A stretch of 64,000 nucleotides of DNA from an uncultured Actinomycetes bacterium (GTDB lineage: Bacteria > Actinomycetota > Thermoleophilia > RBG-16-64-13), in contig CAWJDT010000001.1 of the NCBI GenBank assembly GCA_963841735.1, forward strand, positions 288,001 to 352,000. Direction: 5' to 3'. The stretch's first letter is position 1. Each line of letters opens with the position of its first letter. Positions 42,349-53,762 of the stretch are shown here, piece by piece. The notes beneath the pieces are model-generated. The model did not search any database. It was not told where the DNA came from and worked only from the letters and a program-made list of their open reading frames with translations. A program made the translations under genes and the position numbers.

Positions 42349-44070
42349 ATGAGGAAACATCCAAGAACTTTGCTCATCGCCTTGTTGACAGTCGCGGCGA
42401 TACTGGGCCTCTTGGTCGCAAGTGCCTGCGGAGAAGAGAAACCCACCGGCACCATCACCCAGCTTCATGTAACGGGCGAGGCGGGCGGTACGGCGACCGT
42501 CTATGTGTACTCGCCCACGAATCCGGATTTCCCGGGCACCGTGATGCCCACCACCTTTGTCTATCCCGACAAGACGGTGGCCAGCGCCGACGAGGCGCTT
42601 GACTACCTCGTAAAGACGGGCGTCAAAGACATCCTCGAGATCAACCGGTCTTTCGGCATGGTCTTCACACCCATCGACGCCGAGGGTTACACCGAAGCCG
42701 ACCTGCAGATCATGAACTCCGCCAAGGGCCAGTTCAGCGATATCGGCTTCATCTATAAGGGAACGCGGGAAGCCGAAGGCGGCATGGTGACGAGCGACTC
42801 AGGCCTGCAGTACGCCGGTAGCCGCTTCAGGAACTACATCTACGCCGACGGCGCCGGCGCAGACTTCATCGCCAAATATGCGACCAAGAGCATGCCCTAC
42901 ATCTTGCGCTTCTCCGACGGCGGCATGATCACGTTCAACCATCTGGCTGCCGCGGTTGCGCTCTTCAACGTCTCCGAGCCGGCCGTTCCGGGCGACAAGC
43001 CGAATGCCATCCCCGCCTACCTCGCCAACGCCGGCGATACAGTGGTGGACTCTTTCAAGGCCATCAACGGGGTTGATTACCCCACAGTCACCGTCGACAA
43101 GAAGGACGGCATCACTCCAAAGCTGGCCCAAGAGGCCTGGCAAGTCATGTCCGAGTGGCAGAGGACCGAGTGCACCCCCGGCATCTTCCTGCTGACCAAG
43201 TACATCGTCGACTACCAGGCGGCCGGTCTGGACTACACCGAGCATCTCTGGACGCCTATCCCCGAGGTCGGCAACGGCTACGCGTATACCTACTTCACCT
43301 GGGCCCCAGCGGCGAAGGGTGACGCCAAAAGGCCCGCGATCTTGCTGTTCCACGGCGGCGACAATTCCGCCCTATATATAGCCCAGACCTCCGACTGGCT
43401 GCGCGTCGCGCTTGAGAACAACCTGGCGGTAGTCTCGGTGCAGCACTCCGGCGTCAAGGACGAAACAGGCGCCGACATCGCCGCTGCCACTCCCGCCGAC
43501 ATCAAGGCACTTCTGGACTACCTCCTTACGGACAGCAGCCTCAACATCGACCCCGCCAGGGTGTACGCTACGGGCTTCTCCATGGGCTCGCTGATGACGG
43601 CCGGCCTGGCCAAGGAATTCCCCACCAGCTTCGCCGGTTTCGGACCATGCAACCCTGCCGGTCCGATGGACACGGGCGGAGTCGTCGCTCCGGTGTTCGC
43701 CGTGGGCGGGCTCACTGATCCTTTGGCCAAGCCTTCGATCCCGCGATCCCTTGGAGCAGCCAACGTTCAGATATCGCTGACCAACAATGGCGGTACCCCC
43801 GACCCGGCGGTCATCCCTGAGGACAACAAGACGTGGAAGGACCCGGTGTTCGGCTATGCGCCCGATGACACCAAGGAGATATCCGCTTACAACGGCAACA
43901 ACGTCTACACCATCAACTACTACAAGAGCGCCGACGGTGTCGCCTACACAGCCTACTGCGCGGTGACAAACTTGTCCCACGAGACCATCGGCCAGACCTC
44001 CTGGATCCAATGGGATTTCTTGAAGCACTTCGCTCGGAATGCGGACGGCAGCATCACCTACACGCCGTAG
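42349..44070 (+). CDS. Secreted lipoprotein esterase (PHB-depolymerase/LpqC/CE1-like), two-domain
   Basis: Signal with ASAC lipobox; FHGG, IDPARVYATGFSMG, D and H, and WDFLKHF in the C-terminal domain. Confidence 0.8.
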   Translation: MRKHPRTLLIALLTVAAILGLLVASACGEEKPTGTITQLHVTGEAGGTATVYVYSPTNPDFPGTVMPTTFVYPDKTVASADEALDYLVKTGVKDILEINRSFGMVFTPIDAEGYTEADLQIMNSAKGQFSDIGFIYKGTREAEGGMVTSDSGLQYAGSRFRNYIYADGAGADFIAKYATKSMPYILRFSDGGMITFNHLAAAVALFNVSEPAVPGDKPNAIPAYLANAGDTVVDSFKAINGVDYPTVTVDKKDGITPKLAQEAWQVMSEWQRTECTPGIFLLTKYIVDYQAAGLDYTEHLWTPIPEVGNGYAYTYFTWAPAAKGDAKRPAILLFHGGDNSALYIAQTSDWLRVALENNLAVVSVQHSGVKDETGADIAAATPADIKALLDYLLTDSSLNIDPARVYATGFSMGSLMTAGLAKEFPTSFAGFGPCNPAGPMDTGGVVAPVFAVGGLTDPLAKPSIPRSLGAANVQISLTNNGGTPDPAVIPEDNKTWKDPVFGYAPDDTKEISAYNGNNVYTINYYKSADGVAYTAYCAVTNLSHETIGQTSWIQWDFLKHFARNADGSITYTP

Positions 44071-44128
44071 TGCCAAGCCCGGTGCCTGGTCAGAGACTAG
44101 CGCCAACGAAAGTCAGGGGTGAAGGAGC

Positions 44129-45410
44129 ATGAAAGGGTTGAGAAGTCTGACAGTGCTACTGGCCATCGGAATCCTGGTGCTGGGAACCGCGGCATGTGAC
44201 TCCTCCGAATCGGCCACGACCTCCGAGGCCGCCCAGACCACGGTCACTAGCGCAGCCGTGGTGGGCACGACCACTACGGTCGCCGTCCCGACTACGGTGG
44301 CCGAGAGAGACTATCCGGGCAAAGACAAATGGTTTGTGGAGCTGCCTGGCCAGCCGAACGCCTACTCCATCGTGGGCGTCAACGGCAGCGAGGGCTTTGA
44401 CATGGCCTCGTTCGTGAACTCCGTGATGGCGGAGAAGCTTATCGCGCTGCAGTACAACACACTCGTCCTCTACACGGACGACATGGACCCCGCGCTCGTG
44501 GCGTTCTGGGATGGCTTGGGGATCAAGAAGGAGCTCCACGACGCAGAGGACAAGAACAAAGCATGGGCCAGCTACACTCCGGTGGCGGCTCTCGAACCTG
44601 GGAACACCACCAAGTACCCGGTCGTGTTCTCGTTCCACGGCAACAAGAACACCATCCTGCACGCTGAGGGCTTTGGGTTCGCCAACCTGGGGGCCACCGC
44701 AGGGCTTCATCACCGTCATTCCCGACTGCAACAACAGCGACGGACCGACCGCGGCGGCGGCGATCCCGGTGATCCTCGACACTCTCGAAGCGGGAGGCTA
44801 TCCCATCGACAGAAGCCGCGTGTATCTCACCGGCATGTCAAAAGGCGGCATTTGCAGCGCTCAAGCGGCCCTCGCTCTCCCCGATGTGGTGACCGCGATC
44901 GCGATCCATGGTTCGGCCTTTGCGCTGAACACGCAACCCGCGGGGGAGGCAGGAGCCCAGCCATCAGCGGCGGCGATAGGCATCCCGCCGACGGCCTATG
45001 AGAAGGCCATGGCCTACGATATCCCCATGTATCTCGCGGTAGGGCAGTATGACTTTGGTCAACTCCCCCTCAAGACACAGCCGATCATCGACGGGCTCAA
45101 TCTGTGGCTGGAGATGGACGGCTGCCCCACGAGACTGACGCTGGACGCGTGCCTGGCGGCTGCGGCCAGCGGGACCGACCCAGCTGTGACCTTTCTTGGG
45201 GTCACTGCCGACAAGACCTACACTGACACGATCGACGGCTCCATGCACTACTTCGCTGAGTACAACAACACAGATGGCGTGACGATGATCAAACTCATCG
45301 GTGTGGCCAACCACCCGCACTGGACCACCGCCTCATATCCACAGATGGCCTGGGACTTCATGAGCAAGTTCTCCAAGGATGCCGAGGGCAATCTGATCGT
45401 CGCTCAGTAG
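44129..45410 (+). CDS. Lipoprotein esterase paralog (frameshift near 44700)
   Basis: TAAC lipobox, Thr-rich linker, FHG, IDRSRVYLTGMSKG and WDFMSKF. Confidence 0.8.
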
Positions 45411-45455
45411 TCACATGAGGACGCGAACCCTGAACGGCAAAGAAAGGGGTGCACA

Positions 45456-46716
45456 ATGAAAAGACCATTCTTGGCAGTCGCCAGCATGGTCCTGGTCGGC
45501 CAACTGACAGTGAGTCTGCTCACCGGCTGCGGCGGCGACTCGACCGCCGCTACCGCCGGCGCAGTCACGACAGACACCACCGCGGCGGCTCCGACGACCA
45601 CCCTCTCGGCCGGAGACACGGGCGTCGTTCTTCCCGACGCCGTCTACACCGACTTCAAGAACCTCGGCAAAGGGCAACTCGACGTCGAAGCCTGGAAGGC
45701 TACCGAAGCGGCCCAGAAGACCGTCGAGCACAAGAGGAACCCCTTCCTCTACAGGAACGAGATGGACCCGGCCGTAATAGCCTACTGGGACGCCTTGGGG
45801 ATCAAGAAGGAGATGCACGACGCGGATGAACCGGCCCTGAAATGGGCGAGCTACACTCCGCTGGCGGCGCTCGCGGACGGCAACACGGCCGTCTATCCGG
45901 TGGTGTTCGACTTCGTCGGGGCTGAGAAGCTCATATTCTACGCAGAGACCCACGGAATAGCATATCGTGGGGGCCACAGAGGGCTACATCACCATCTGCC
46001 CCTCCAATCCCGTAGCCATGAAGGCTATCGACCCCGCCGCCATGGGCGCCTACGAGGATCTCACCGCAGGGGGCCAGGTCGTCAGGATCCTGGACGCTCT
46101 TGAGGCACAGGGCTATCCGATCGACAGGAGCCGAGTCTACGTGACCGGCATGTCGACGGGCGGCGTCGCGACTGCGCTGGCGGGCCTCGAACATACCAGA
46201 TGTCGTCGCGGCGTGTCGCCATGCACAGTTCGGTCTCATGCGCTCTCAATACCGAGCAAGACGGCGTCGTTCACATTCTTCACTCCCGCGAGCGACTACG
46301 CGAAGGCCATGGACTACGGAGCATCCCCATGCTCGCGGTGGCTGGCGATCACGACATGGCGATGCTCCCGATCAACGACCGCGGGCGTCATCAGCGGGAC
46401 TGAACCTGTGGCTGCAGGTGAACGGCTGCCCCACCCAACTCGCCTTGGAGGATAGCCTCGCGGCCCAGGCGAGCAGCACCGATCCGGCGGTCAAGGCCAT
46501 AGGCGTGGTGGGCGACAAGATGTGGACCGAGACCATCGACGGACGTCGTGCACTACGGCGCTGAGTTCAACCGCGCCGATGGCGTGAAGATGGTCGAGCT
46601 CGTATGTGTGACCAACCTGCCGCACATGGCGAGACTCCGCCTTTCCGCAGATGGCCTGGGACTTCATGAGCAGGTTCTCCAGGGATGCCGAAGGCAATCT
46701 GATCGTGGCGGACTGA
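45456..46716 (+). CDS. Lipoprotein esterase paralog (multiple frameshifts)
   Basis: LTGC lipobox, MDPA..WDALGIKKE, IDRSRVYVTGMSTG, and a 3' end paralogous to the 44129 gene. Confidence 0.75.
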
Positions 46717-46740
46717 GCGCGAGCCACCACAGCTGCCAAG

Positions 46741-46772
46741 AGAGGAGGTCCACTTTCGAGTGGGCCTCCTCT
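46741..46772. terminator. Hairpin terminator between convergent genes
   Basis: AGAGGAGGTCCACT-TTCG-AGTGGGCCTCCTCT, followed by a pyrimidine run. Confidence 0.75.
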
Positions 46773-46791
46773 CCTTCTTCTGGGAATATCG

Positions 46792-49443
46792 TCAGCGCAG
46801 ATCGACGAAGACCTGGTGCTCTCCTCCACCCAGCGCGCGTGTCTCCCCGTCCAAGCGAAGTTCGGCGGTGGCCATCGCCGGCACGGTGAGATCCACCGAG
46901 ACCCTCTCCCCTCCCGCTTCCACGAGCAGGAAGCCTCCCCGTAGGGGGTCTGCACGCTGCAGTCAGCGTGCGCCAGCCCGCAGTGAAGGTCGGGGCTGAA
47001 TACTATGTGCCGGTACCCGGCTTCCCCTATCGTGATGCCGCCGATGTTCCGGTATATCCAGTCACCCACACTGCCCAACGCGTAGTGATTGAAGGACGAG
47101 TTGGTGACGGTGCCGTCGGGCGCGATCGCTTCCCAACTCTCCCAGATGGTCGTCGCGCCCCTCTCCACCATGTACAGCCACGACGGGCTCTCAGTCTGGA
47201 ACAGCAGCCGGTAGGCCACGTCCTTGTGGCCCGCTTCGGTGAGCACGTCCAGCAGATGCGGAGTGGACACGAAGCCGGTATCCAGCCGATATCCGTTCTC
47301 TTCGATCATGCGGACCAGACGCCCGGCCACCCGCTCCTTAAGCGCGCCTTCGACAACATCCGCGTACAGGGCCAGGACGTACATGCCCATCAGGTCGCCG
47401 CGGATCAGCCCGTCGTCGGAGATGAACTCCTCTCGGACCGCCTGTTTGATCTTGGGCAGCAGCGCTCCGTAGCGCGCCCGCTTCTCCAGAAGGTCCTCGC
47501 TGGGCTCCTCCTCCAGCAGCGCGTCCAGCACGGCCAGGAACGCCCGCACCGTGACAGCGTAATAGCAGGCCGCGATCACCTCTCGGGTGGCCGCCACGCC
47601 GTTCATCACACCCCCGGGCTCTTTGGCGAAGCTGGGGATGAGCCAATCGCCAAAGTGATGCCCCTTGGTCCAGAGGTAGGGGTTGCGCGCCTGTTGCGCC
47701 GGAGTCAGTGAGTCCCAGCCCTCGGGCTTCCGAGCGGCCGCGGCGGCGATGAAACCCAGCCAGCGCTCCATCATGGGGAGGTTGTCCCGCAGCACATGCT
47801 TGTCGCCGTAGCAGCGGTAGAGGTCGTACGGCACCAGCACGCAGGCGTCACCCCACGCCGCGGAGGAGTTGTCCCCCGCCTTCTCCCGCTCCATGCGGTC
47901 CTGCGCGGGATAGCACGGCACGACCATCGGGACCTCGCCGTCCTCTTTCTGCTCTGCCCGCATGTCGGCCAACCAGCTCACCAGAAAGTTGTGCAGGTCG
48001 AAATCGAAGCACCCCGTCTTGGCAAAGACCAAGATGTCCCCCGTCCAGCCCATCTTCTCCCGCTGGGGGCAGTCCGTCGGCACCGAGAACATGTTGCTGC
48101 GCTCGCTCTGCCGGATGTTGCGCTGCAGGGCGTTCAGGCGCTCGTCGGAGCACGAGAAGTGTCCGGTGCTTCTAAGCGCGGTCCCCAGGGCGAGAGCCTG
48201 CACCCGGACTATCTGATCGTGGGCGACGCCTGCGATACGCACGTAGCGGAACCCGTGATAGGTGAACCGGGGGCGGAACGTGGTCACCCCCGCCGGGCAG
48301 ACAAATACGTCGCGCTGGTCCTTGTTGCGGCCCATGATGTTGCGGATGAATCCGCCGTCCTTGCCCAAGACCTCCGAGAAGTCGAGCACTACCTCAGTCT
48401 GCTCGGCGGCCCGCACCGTCAACTCGGCGACACCGGCCAAGCACTTGCCGAAATCGACCACCAAGTCCCCTTCGGGCGTGGTGAAGACTGTCTGCGGGTC
48501 CAGCCGTTCCCACTCGACCACGGGCGGCTTCGGCTGTGCGATCAGATTGCCGGTGCCGTAGGCCGCCGGCGTCACGGGCTCCCAAGCGCGCGGGGAGTGC
48601 CACATAGTCATGACGCTCACCTATGAACAGGTCGGCATAGTCGATGTACGAGCGACGACTCTCAAAGGAAGTGTCGGAGCAGACCTGGTGCGTCGCCCCG
48701 TCCTCATCGATCCACTCCAGCTGCATCAGGAATCCCAGCCTGTCGCCGTACTGGCAGCTGTCGCCCGACAGCCCGATGCGCCCTATCCACCAGCCGTCCG
48801 CCAGCGTCACGGTGATCTCGTTCTCGCCCTCCCGGAGAAGGGCCGCCACATCGTAGGTCTGATAGAAGAGGCGGTCGTGGTAGGCCGAAGTCTCCGGGGC
48901 CAGCAGGTTCTTGCCCGCCGGCTGTCCGTTGACGAGCAACTCGTATACGCCGTGTGCGGTGGCGTATAGCCTGGCCTTTCGCGTGCGTCCGGCGCAGGTC
49001 AACGTCTTCTTCAGTTCTCGACACGGTCGCAGGCGGTCCTGCCCACCGAAGTCGTCGTCGTGGGGCGTAAAAAGGTAGTGCATCTGCACTTCCTTTTCCC
49101 GGATAGCCGGGTCCTGCAGGGGCTCGATCCACTCAGCAGCCCAGGGGGTACCCATGAAACCCGTCTCGAACGCGGCACCGCACTCGCCCGCGACCTCGCC
49201 CTGCAGATAGGAGACAGCCTTCGCGGTGAAGACGGTCTTGGGGGACAGCGCCGCCCCGCCATACCGGAAGTGCGGACTCGCGAACGCCGATACGCCCGTG
49301 TCCCACAGCACCTCGCCGCCCGGGCCCGTCACGACCAGGCGCACCGCGTCGAAGCGCTCGATGCTCCGCAGCTGGAGCGAGAAGGTCGGCCCGCCGTCGT
49401 CGGTCACGACGTGGCCCGCGAGACCGTTGACGAACAGTTCCAT
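46792..49443 (-). CDS. Alpha-L-rhamnosidase GH78 (frameshifts near 48590 and 46910)
   Basis: ARLYATAHGVYE, YQTYDV, FTYHGFRY, PTDCPQREKMGWTGD, ATTIWESW and SFNHYALGSV. Confidence 0.92.
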
Positions 49444-50384
49444 TACAGCTTCGCCCAATCCTCGAAGTGCAATTTGATGAACTCCATGGTGCGCGCTGTC
49501 TGTTCCGCCAACGTTCCATCGGCCGCGGCCGCCAAGATCGCGGGCGGGCACCAGTCCTCCAGCTCACCGCGATGGGCGAATTCGAAGAACCCGTGGGCCA
49601 TGCCTTTCGCCACCATGCTGTCCACCTGCACACCCGCTTGCCGCAGCATGTCCGCGTACTTTTCGCCCTCGTCAAACAGGCCGTCCGCCTCGGCCAGCAC
49701 GAACACCGCGCGTGGAAGCCCAATCAGATCGTCCGTCGAAGCGCAGATAGGGGAGAGCAACGGATCCGCCGGGTCTTCCTTGCCGATGTGGGCTTGGTTG
49801 AAGTACGTGTACATCGCCAGTTCCATCGGATCGAGGCGCTTCGCCTGCGGCGGTGTCACGGAGTCCACGAACGGATACACCAGGATCTGCAGACCGATGG
49901 AGTATTCCTTCTTCCTGTTGGCCATGATGCACACCGTCGCCGACTCGGTCGCACCCGCGCTGTTGCCCATCACCGCGACCCTACCGCGGTCGAAGTCGTG
50001 GGCGCCGCTGTCCAGGTAGTACTTGATGACGTCGTACGCGTCGTAGAGAGGGGCCGGGAAGGGGTTCTCCTCTCCCTTGCGATAGTCGATGGAGACCACG
50101 TTCGCCCCCAAAGCCTGCCGCACCGCATGCCAGAGGATGTCGTCCAGCGCGCTGCCGCCGAACATGAAGCCGCCGCCATGGAAGGCGAACACCACCGGCG
50201 CTCCCGCCTGGTCGACCGGGTAGAACACGGTATCCAGCGTCCTACCGGGGAGCGAGATGGACTCGCGTATGCCGCGGACGGGCACGATCTTGTTGAGTTC
50301 TTTCATCAGCTTGACGCCAGCGGCCACTTCCAGCTTTGCGGCTGCCATCGCCTCAGGCGAGGGGGCATCGGTCACAACGATCAC
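49443..50384 (-). CDS. HSL-family alpha/beta hydrolase (esterase)
   Basis: HGGGF, GNSAG, D and HGF motifs; stop overlaps the GH78 start. Confidence 0.9.
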   Translation of the reverse strand: MIVVTDAPSPEAMAAAKLEVAAGVKLMKELNKIVPVRGIRESISLPGRTLDTVFYPVDQAGAPVVFAFHGGGFMFGGSALDDILWHAVRQALGANVVSIDYRKGEENPFPAPLYDAYDVIKYYLDSGAHDFDRGRVAVMGNSAGATESATVCIMANRKKEYSIGLQILVYPFVDSVTPPQAKRLDPMELAMYTYFNQAHIGKEDPADPLLSPICASTDDLIGLPRAVFVLAEADGLFDEGEKYADMLRQAGVQVDSMVAKGMAHGFFEFAHRGELEDWCPPAILAAAADGTLAEQTARTMEFIKLHFEDWAKL

Positions 50385-51265
50385 CTCTTGAATCCGTCGT
50401 CGGTTTCTATCAACTCGATGAGCGTCGGGCGCTCTTGGCCGCTCGAATTCGGGGCGTGCAGCGCCAGCAGCAGCCGTCCCTCCCTCGACCTGAAGACCAT
50501 GCCGTGGCCGCCGTCCTCGGCGAAGAGCGGCTGCGCCTCATGTACCCAGGGCCCGAGGATGCCACCAGCCGCGGAACGGGCGATGCCCGTCGCGTACCCC
50601 GATGGCCCGAAGCTCGACCACAGGAGCAACAACTGCCCCGACCGGGTCTGGTACGCAAACGGCCCGTCGGAGAGATACACCTCCCCTTCGATTCCAAAAT
50701 CCTTCGCAAAGGGGAACGGCCGCGCCCACGGCGCGTCGACCGCGTTGAAGATCACGTGGATGTCCCCCACCGTGGTCTTGAGGTCCCGAGCCAGTTCCAC
50801 GACGCACATCTGGCCCTCGGCAGCCTGCTTGAACGATCCGCTGAAGACAAGGTAGGGGGCACCACCGGCGTCCACGTAAAGCGTTCCGTCCAGGTAATCC
50901 CCACCGGCCGGCGTCACCGGTCCGTCGCTGTGCAGTTCGAAAGGCCCCAACGCAGAATCCGCTTTCAAGATCTGGATCCCAACTCCCCTATCGTCCGCGC
51001 CGAATGTCGCGATCAGGTAGTAGGAACCTTCATAGAAGAAGCACTCCGGCGCCCAGTAGGACCTGTCCGCCCAGAAGTCCTGAGGCTTGTGGAATATCTC
51101 AAAGGGACCTCGCCAAGAGACCAGATCGTCGCTGGTGTAGCAGTCGAACCCGTCGGCCTGGGTCCACACAGTCGGGCCTCTGGTCCCGTAGAGATGGTAG
51201 CGATCGTCGCTCAAGAGGACGAACGGATCCCGGAGATGGATATCCTTCAGTTCCAGGCTGCGCAT
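50381..51265 (-). CDS. GH43 glycoside hydrolase
   Basis: RDPF, WAPE, LDG, DGPF and GHG motifs. Confidence 0.88.
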   Translation of the reverse strand: MRSLELKDIHLRDPFVLLSDDRYHLYGTRGPTVWTQADGFDCYTSDDLVSWRGPFEIFHKPQDFWADRSYWAPECFFYEGSYYLIATFGADDRGVGIQILKADSALGPFELHSDGPVTPAGGDYLDGTLYVDAGGAPYLVFSGSFKQAAEGQMCVVELARDLKTTVGDIHVIFNAVDAPWARPFPFAKDFGIEGEVYLSDGPFAYQTRSGQLLLLWSSFGPSGYATGIARSAAGGILGPWVHEAQPLFAEDGGHGMVFRSREGRLLLALHAPNSSGQERPTLIELIETDDGFKR

Positions 51266-51386
51266 ACCGGCGTCCTTCCAGTTAGGGTCTGCAGCGTTCC
51301 AATGATGACTTCCGGGCGCAGCCCCCTCAGCGCAAGCCCGTTGGTAAGAACTGTGATGCCGGCAGCGCCGATCAAACCAGCATGGA

Positions 51387-52406
51387 TCAGTCGGTGCCCG
51401 ACCTGTCATCAAAGGCGGCCTGCTTCTTGAGCTTGAACATCTTATACAGGCCGATCTTGTGGCTGTTGGAGAGGTAGACCAGGAACACAAGCACGATGGC
51501 GCCGGTGAGTGCTTGCTGAACGGATATGGAGAACCCCAGCTTGATAAAGGCCTGATAGATAGAGGCTTGGATGAAAGCCCCAATGATCGTGCCGATGTTC
51601 TTGTCGGAGTACTTAGCCAGCGAAACGCCTATGAACATGGGCAGGAAGGCATCCATGATGAACGGTAGGCTACCCAGACCGGTCTTCGGCTGCATGATCC
51701 CGAAGTTCGAGAAGTAGACCGCGCCCGCCATTGCCAGCAGAGCGCCGGCTATGACGTAGCAGGCGACGGTGTTGCGCTTCTCGTTGACGCCCACGTCCAC
51801 CGCGTTTTTCTGCCCCGTGCGCAGCGAATTGGTGTTGTATCCGAACTTGGTGAAGTTCAGTAGGTATACCAAGACGACCAAGACGCAGGCCAGGAGGATC
51901 ACGTTGTTGGGCCACTTCGCGAAGATGAGCAGGTCGTCCCTACCGATGAGGCGGATGCCCTTGGAGTCGTTCAGTCCATACGCGATGGCCTCGTATAGCA
52001 TCGCTATGCCCAGAGAGACCACCATGGCAGGCAGTCTGAGCCACACATAGATCAGACCACCGATGGAGCCTAGCACCATCCCGGCGAGAACCATCAGCAG
52101 CAACATCGAGAAAGGACCCCCACCCAACTTGCCGGCCAAGGTCCCACCGACTATCACGGAGAGAATGATCACCGAACCCACGGAGAAGTCGAACCTGCCC
52201 GAGGTCAGGTTGTAGGACACCGCCAGAGCGATCAGACCGTAGTAGACGGTGTTGTAGGCAAGCGTCTTCCACTCCTGTGCCGATAGGAAATCGGGAGACT
52301 GCCCAGCAGCGGCGATGATGCCTTTGAGCAGCAAGTAGACGGCCAGCGGCACGCCGATGGTCACCAGCGTGTTCAGACCTATCTTCTTTAACCTCGTTGC
52401 TGTCAT
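51387..52406 (-). CDS. Sugar ABC permease
   Basis: GRFDFSVG motif; multiple TM segments. Confidence 0.88.
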   Translation of the reverse strand: MTATRLKKIGLNTLVTIGVPLAVYLLLKGIIAAAGQSPDFLSAQEWKTLAYNTVYYGLIALAVSYNLTSGRFDFSVGSVIILSVIVGGTLAGKLGGGPFSMLLLMVLAGMVLGSIGGLIYVWLRLPAMVVSLGIAMLYEAIAYGLNDSKGIRLIGRDDLLIFAKWPNNVILLACVLVVLVYLLNFTKFGYNTNSLRTGQKNAVDVGVNEKRNTVACYVIAGALLAMAGAVYFSNFGIMQPKTGLGSLPFIMDAFLPMFIGVSLAKYSDKNIGTIIGAFIQASIYQAFIKLGFSISVQQALTGAIVLVFLVYLSNSHKIGLYKMFKLKKQAAFDDRSGTD

Positions 52407-52481
52407 GGCCTCACCTGTTCCGCGGTCTGGCCGCAACGGGTCCGCTGGACCCGTTGCGGCCGCCTCGTGCCGCTTTCTCTA

Positions 52482-53657
52482 CTACTTGGCCGCGGCCGCC
52501 TGCGCCGCGCGCCTTGCCTCCACGTCTGAGATCGAGTTCGCCGCATACAGCGCAGCGACATCTGCGAACGTCGCATCGGCGTTGACACCCTTCACTACCG
52601 ACAGGATGTCCTCGGCGTTCCAGCACCAGATGCCACCGGTCTCGATATCCGAATAGGCTGCATACTCTTCAGCCGACTTGATCACCCACCAGCTGACCTC
52701 GACCCGCGGTGCGAGACCATTGTCTCGGTACGCGTCTTCGGCCCCGTCCAGAGCGTTCAGAAGGAGTGGGACTCCCATGCCGAAAGCGCTGGTAGTCTCG
52801 ATAGGCGTACATACCATCTGGCCGCTCTCCCACGCGCTCTTGGTCAGATCGCTGAAGGCGTCGATGGCCGCGATCTTGACACTGTCGGTCATACCCGCGT
52901 TCGAGAGCGCCTGGTACCAGGTGGCCGCGCCGAATGAGCAACCCAAGCCGTCGAAACCCTGCTGTATGGCATCGTCCTGAGCCGGTTTGTACGTTCCGAG
53001 CTCCGGCCAGCCGCCCACGTCAGCAACGAGCTCGACATCCTTGCCGGCCTGCTTGGCTTCGTCGATCGCGGCCATGAAACCCTTGGAGCGATCGATGAAC
53101 ATCTGCACGCCGTAGTCCCTGCCGCCGGAGACGTAAACGAGCCTCTTGCAGCCGGCGTCGATCAGAGCCTGCGCCATGTCGTGGCCGGCGTCGTAGTTTT
53201 GGGTCTCGTTGTACCAGCCGCCCAGATACATCGGGTTGTCCTTGAAGGCGTCATAGACCGTAGGCTCTTCGGCGACGCCGAAGTAGTACATCCCCTTGTC
53301 GATGCAGAGCTGCACCGACGCCACCCTCGCGACGTTGAAGTAGCCGATGATGGCTTTGCATCCCGCTGCAGCGCACGATTCGATGAAGGCCAGCTCGCCT
53401 TCGGCGTTACCGATGGCTTCAGAGTAGATGACATCGATGTTGATCTTCGTTTTCAGGTAGTCGAAATACCCCTTGACAGCCAAGAACTGTTCAGCCGTCG
53501 GGTCGAAGGTGACAACGCCTATCTTCACCGTCTCGGCCGGATACTTCTCCCCTTCCGGAAGGACTCCCGTGCTGCCGGAGCCACCGCCGCAGGCCGCGAG
53601 GCTCACTGTCAAGACAAAGGCCAACAAACACGCCGACACTATCAGTGATTTCTTCAT
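52482..53657 (-). CDS. ABC substrate-binding lipoprotein
   Basis: LAAC lipobox, type-I periplasmic-binding features, located within an ABC operon. Confidence 0.82.
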   Translation of the reverse strand: MKKSLIVSACLLAFVLTVSLAACGGGSGSTGVLPEGEKYPAETVKIGVVTFDPTAEQFLAVKGYFDYLKTKINIDVIYSEAIGNAEGELAFIESCAAAGCKAIIGYFNVARVASVQLCIDKGMYYFGVAEEPTVYDAFKDNPMYLGGWYNETQNYDAGHDMAQALIDAGCKRLVYVSGGRDYGVQMFIDRSKGFMAAIDEAKQAGKDVELVADVGGWPELGTYKPAQDDAIQQGFDGLGCSFGAATWYQALSNAGMTDSVKIAAIDAFSDLTKSAWESGQMVCTPIETTSAFGMGVPLLLNALDGAEDAYRDNGLAPRVEVSWWVIKSAEEYAAYSDIETGGIWCWNAEDILSVVKGVNADATFADVAALYAANSISDVEARRAAQAAAAK

Positions 53658-53762
53658 GAATACTTCCCTCCTGTTGGTCACGTTTTTCGCACCGCCCACT
53701 GGAGCCCCGTCAGTCCTTCCCGTCGTCCTCCTCGTTCAAGCCTGCCCATCGAGCTTCGTCGA

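Noticed and set aside
46491-46791. GH78 ORF extension overlapping esterase 3
   Set aside because: There is a frameshift in a G-run near 46910. The corrected stop at 46792 sits just before a terminator hairpin.
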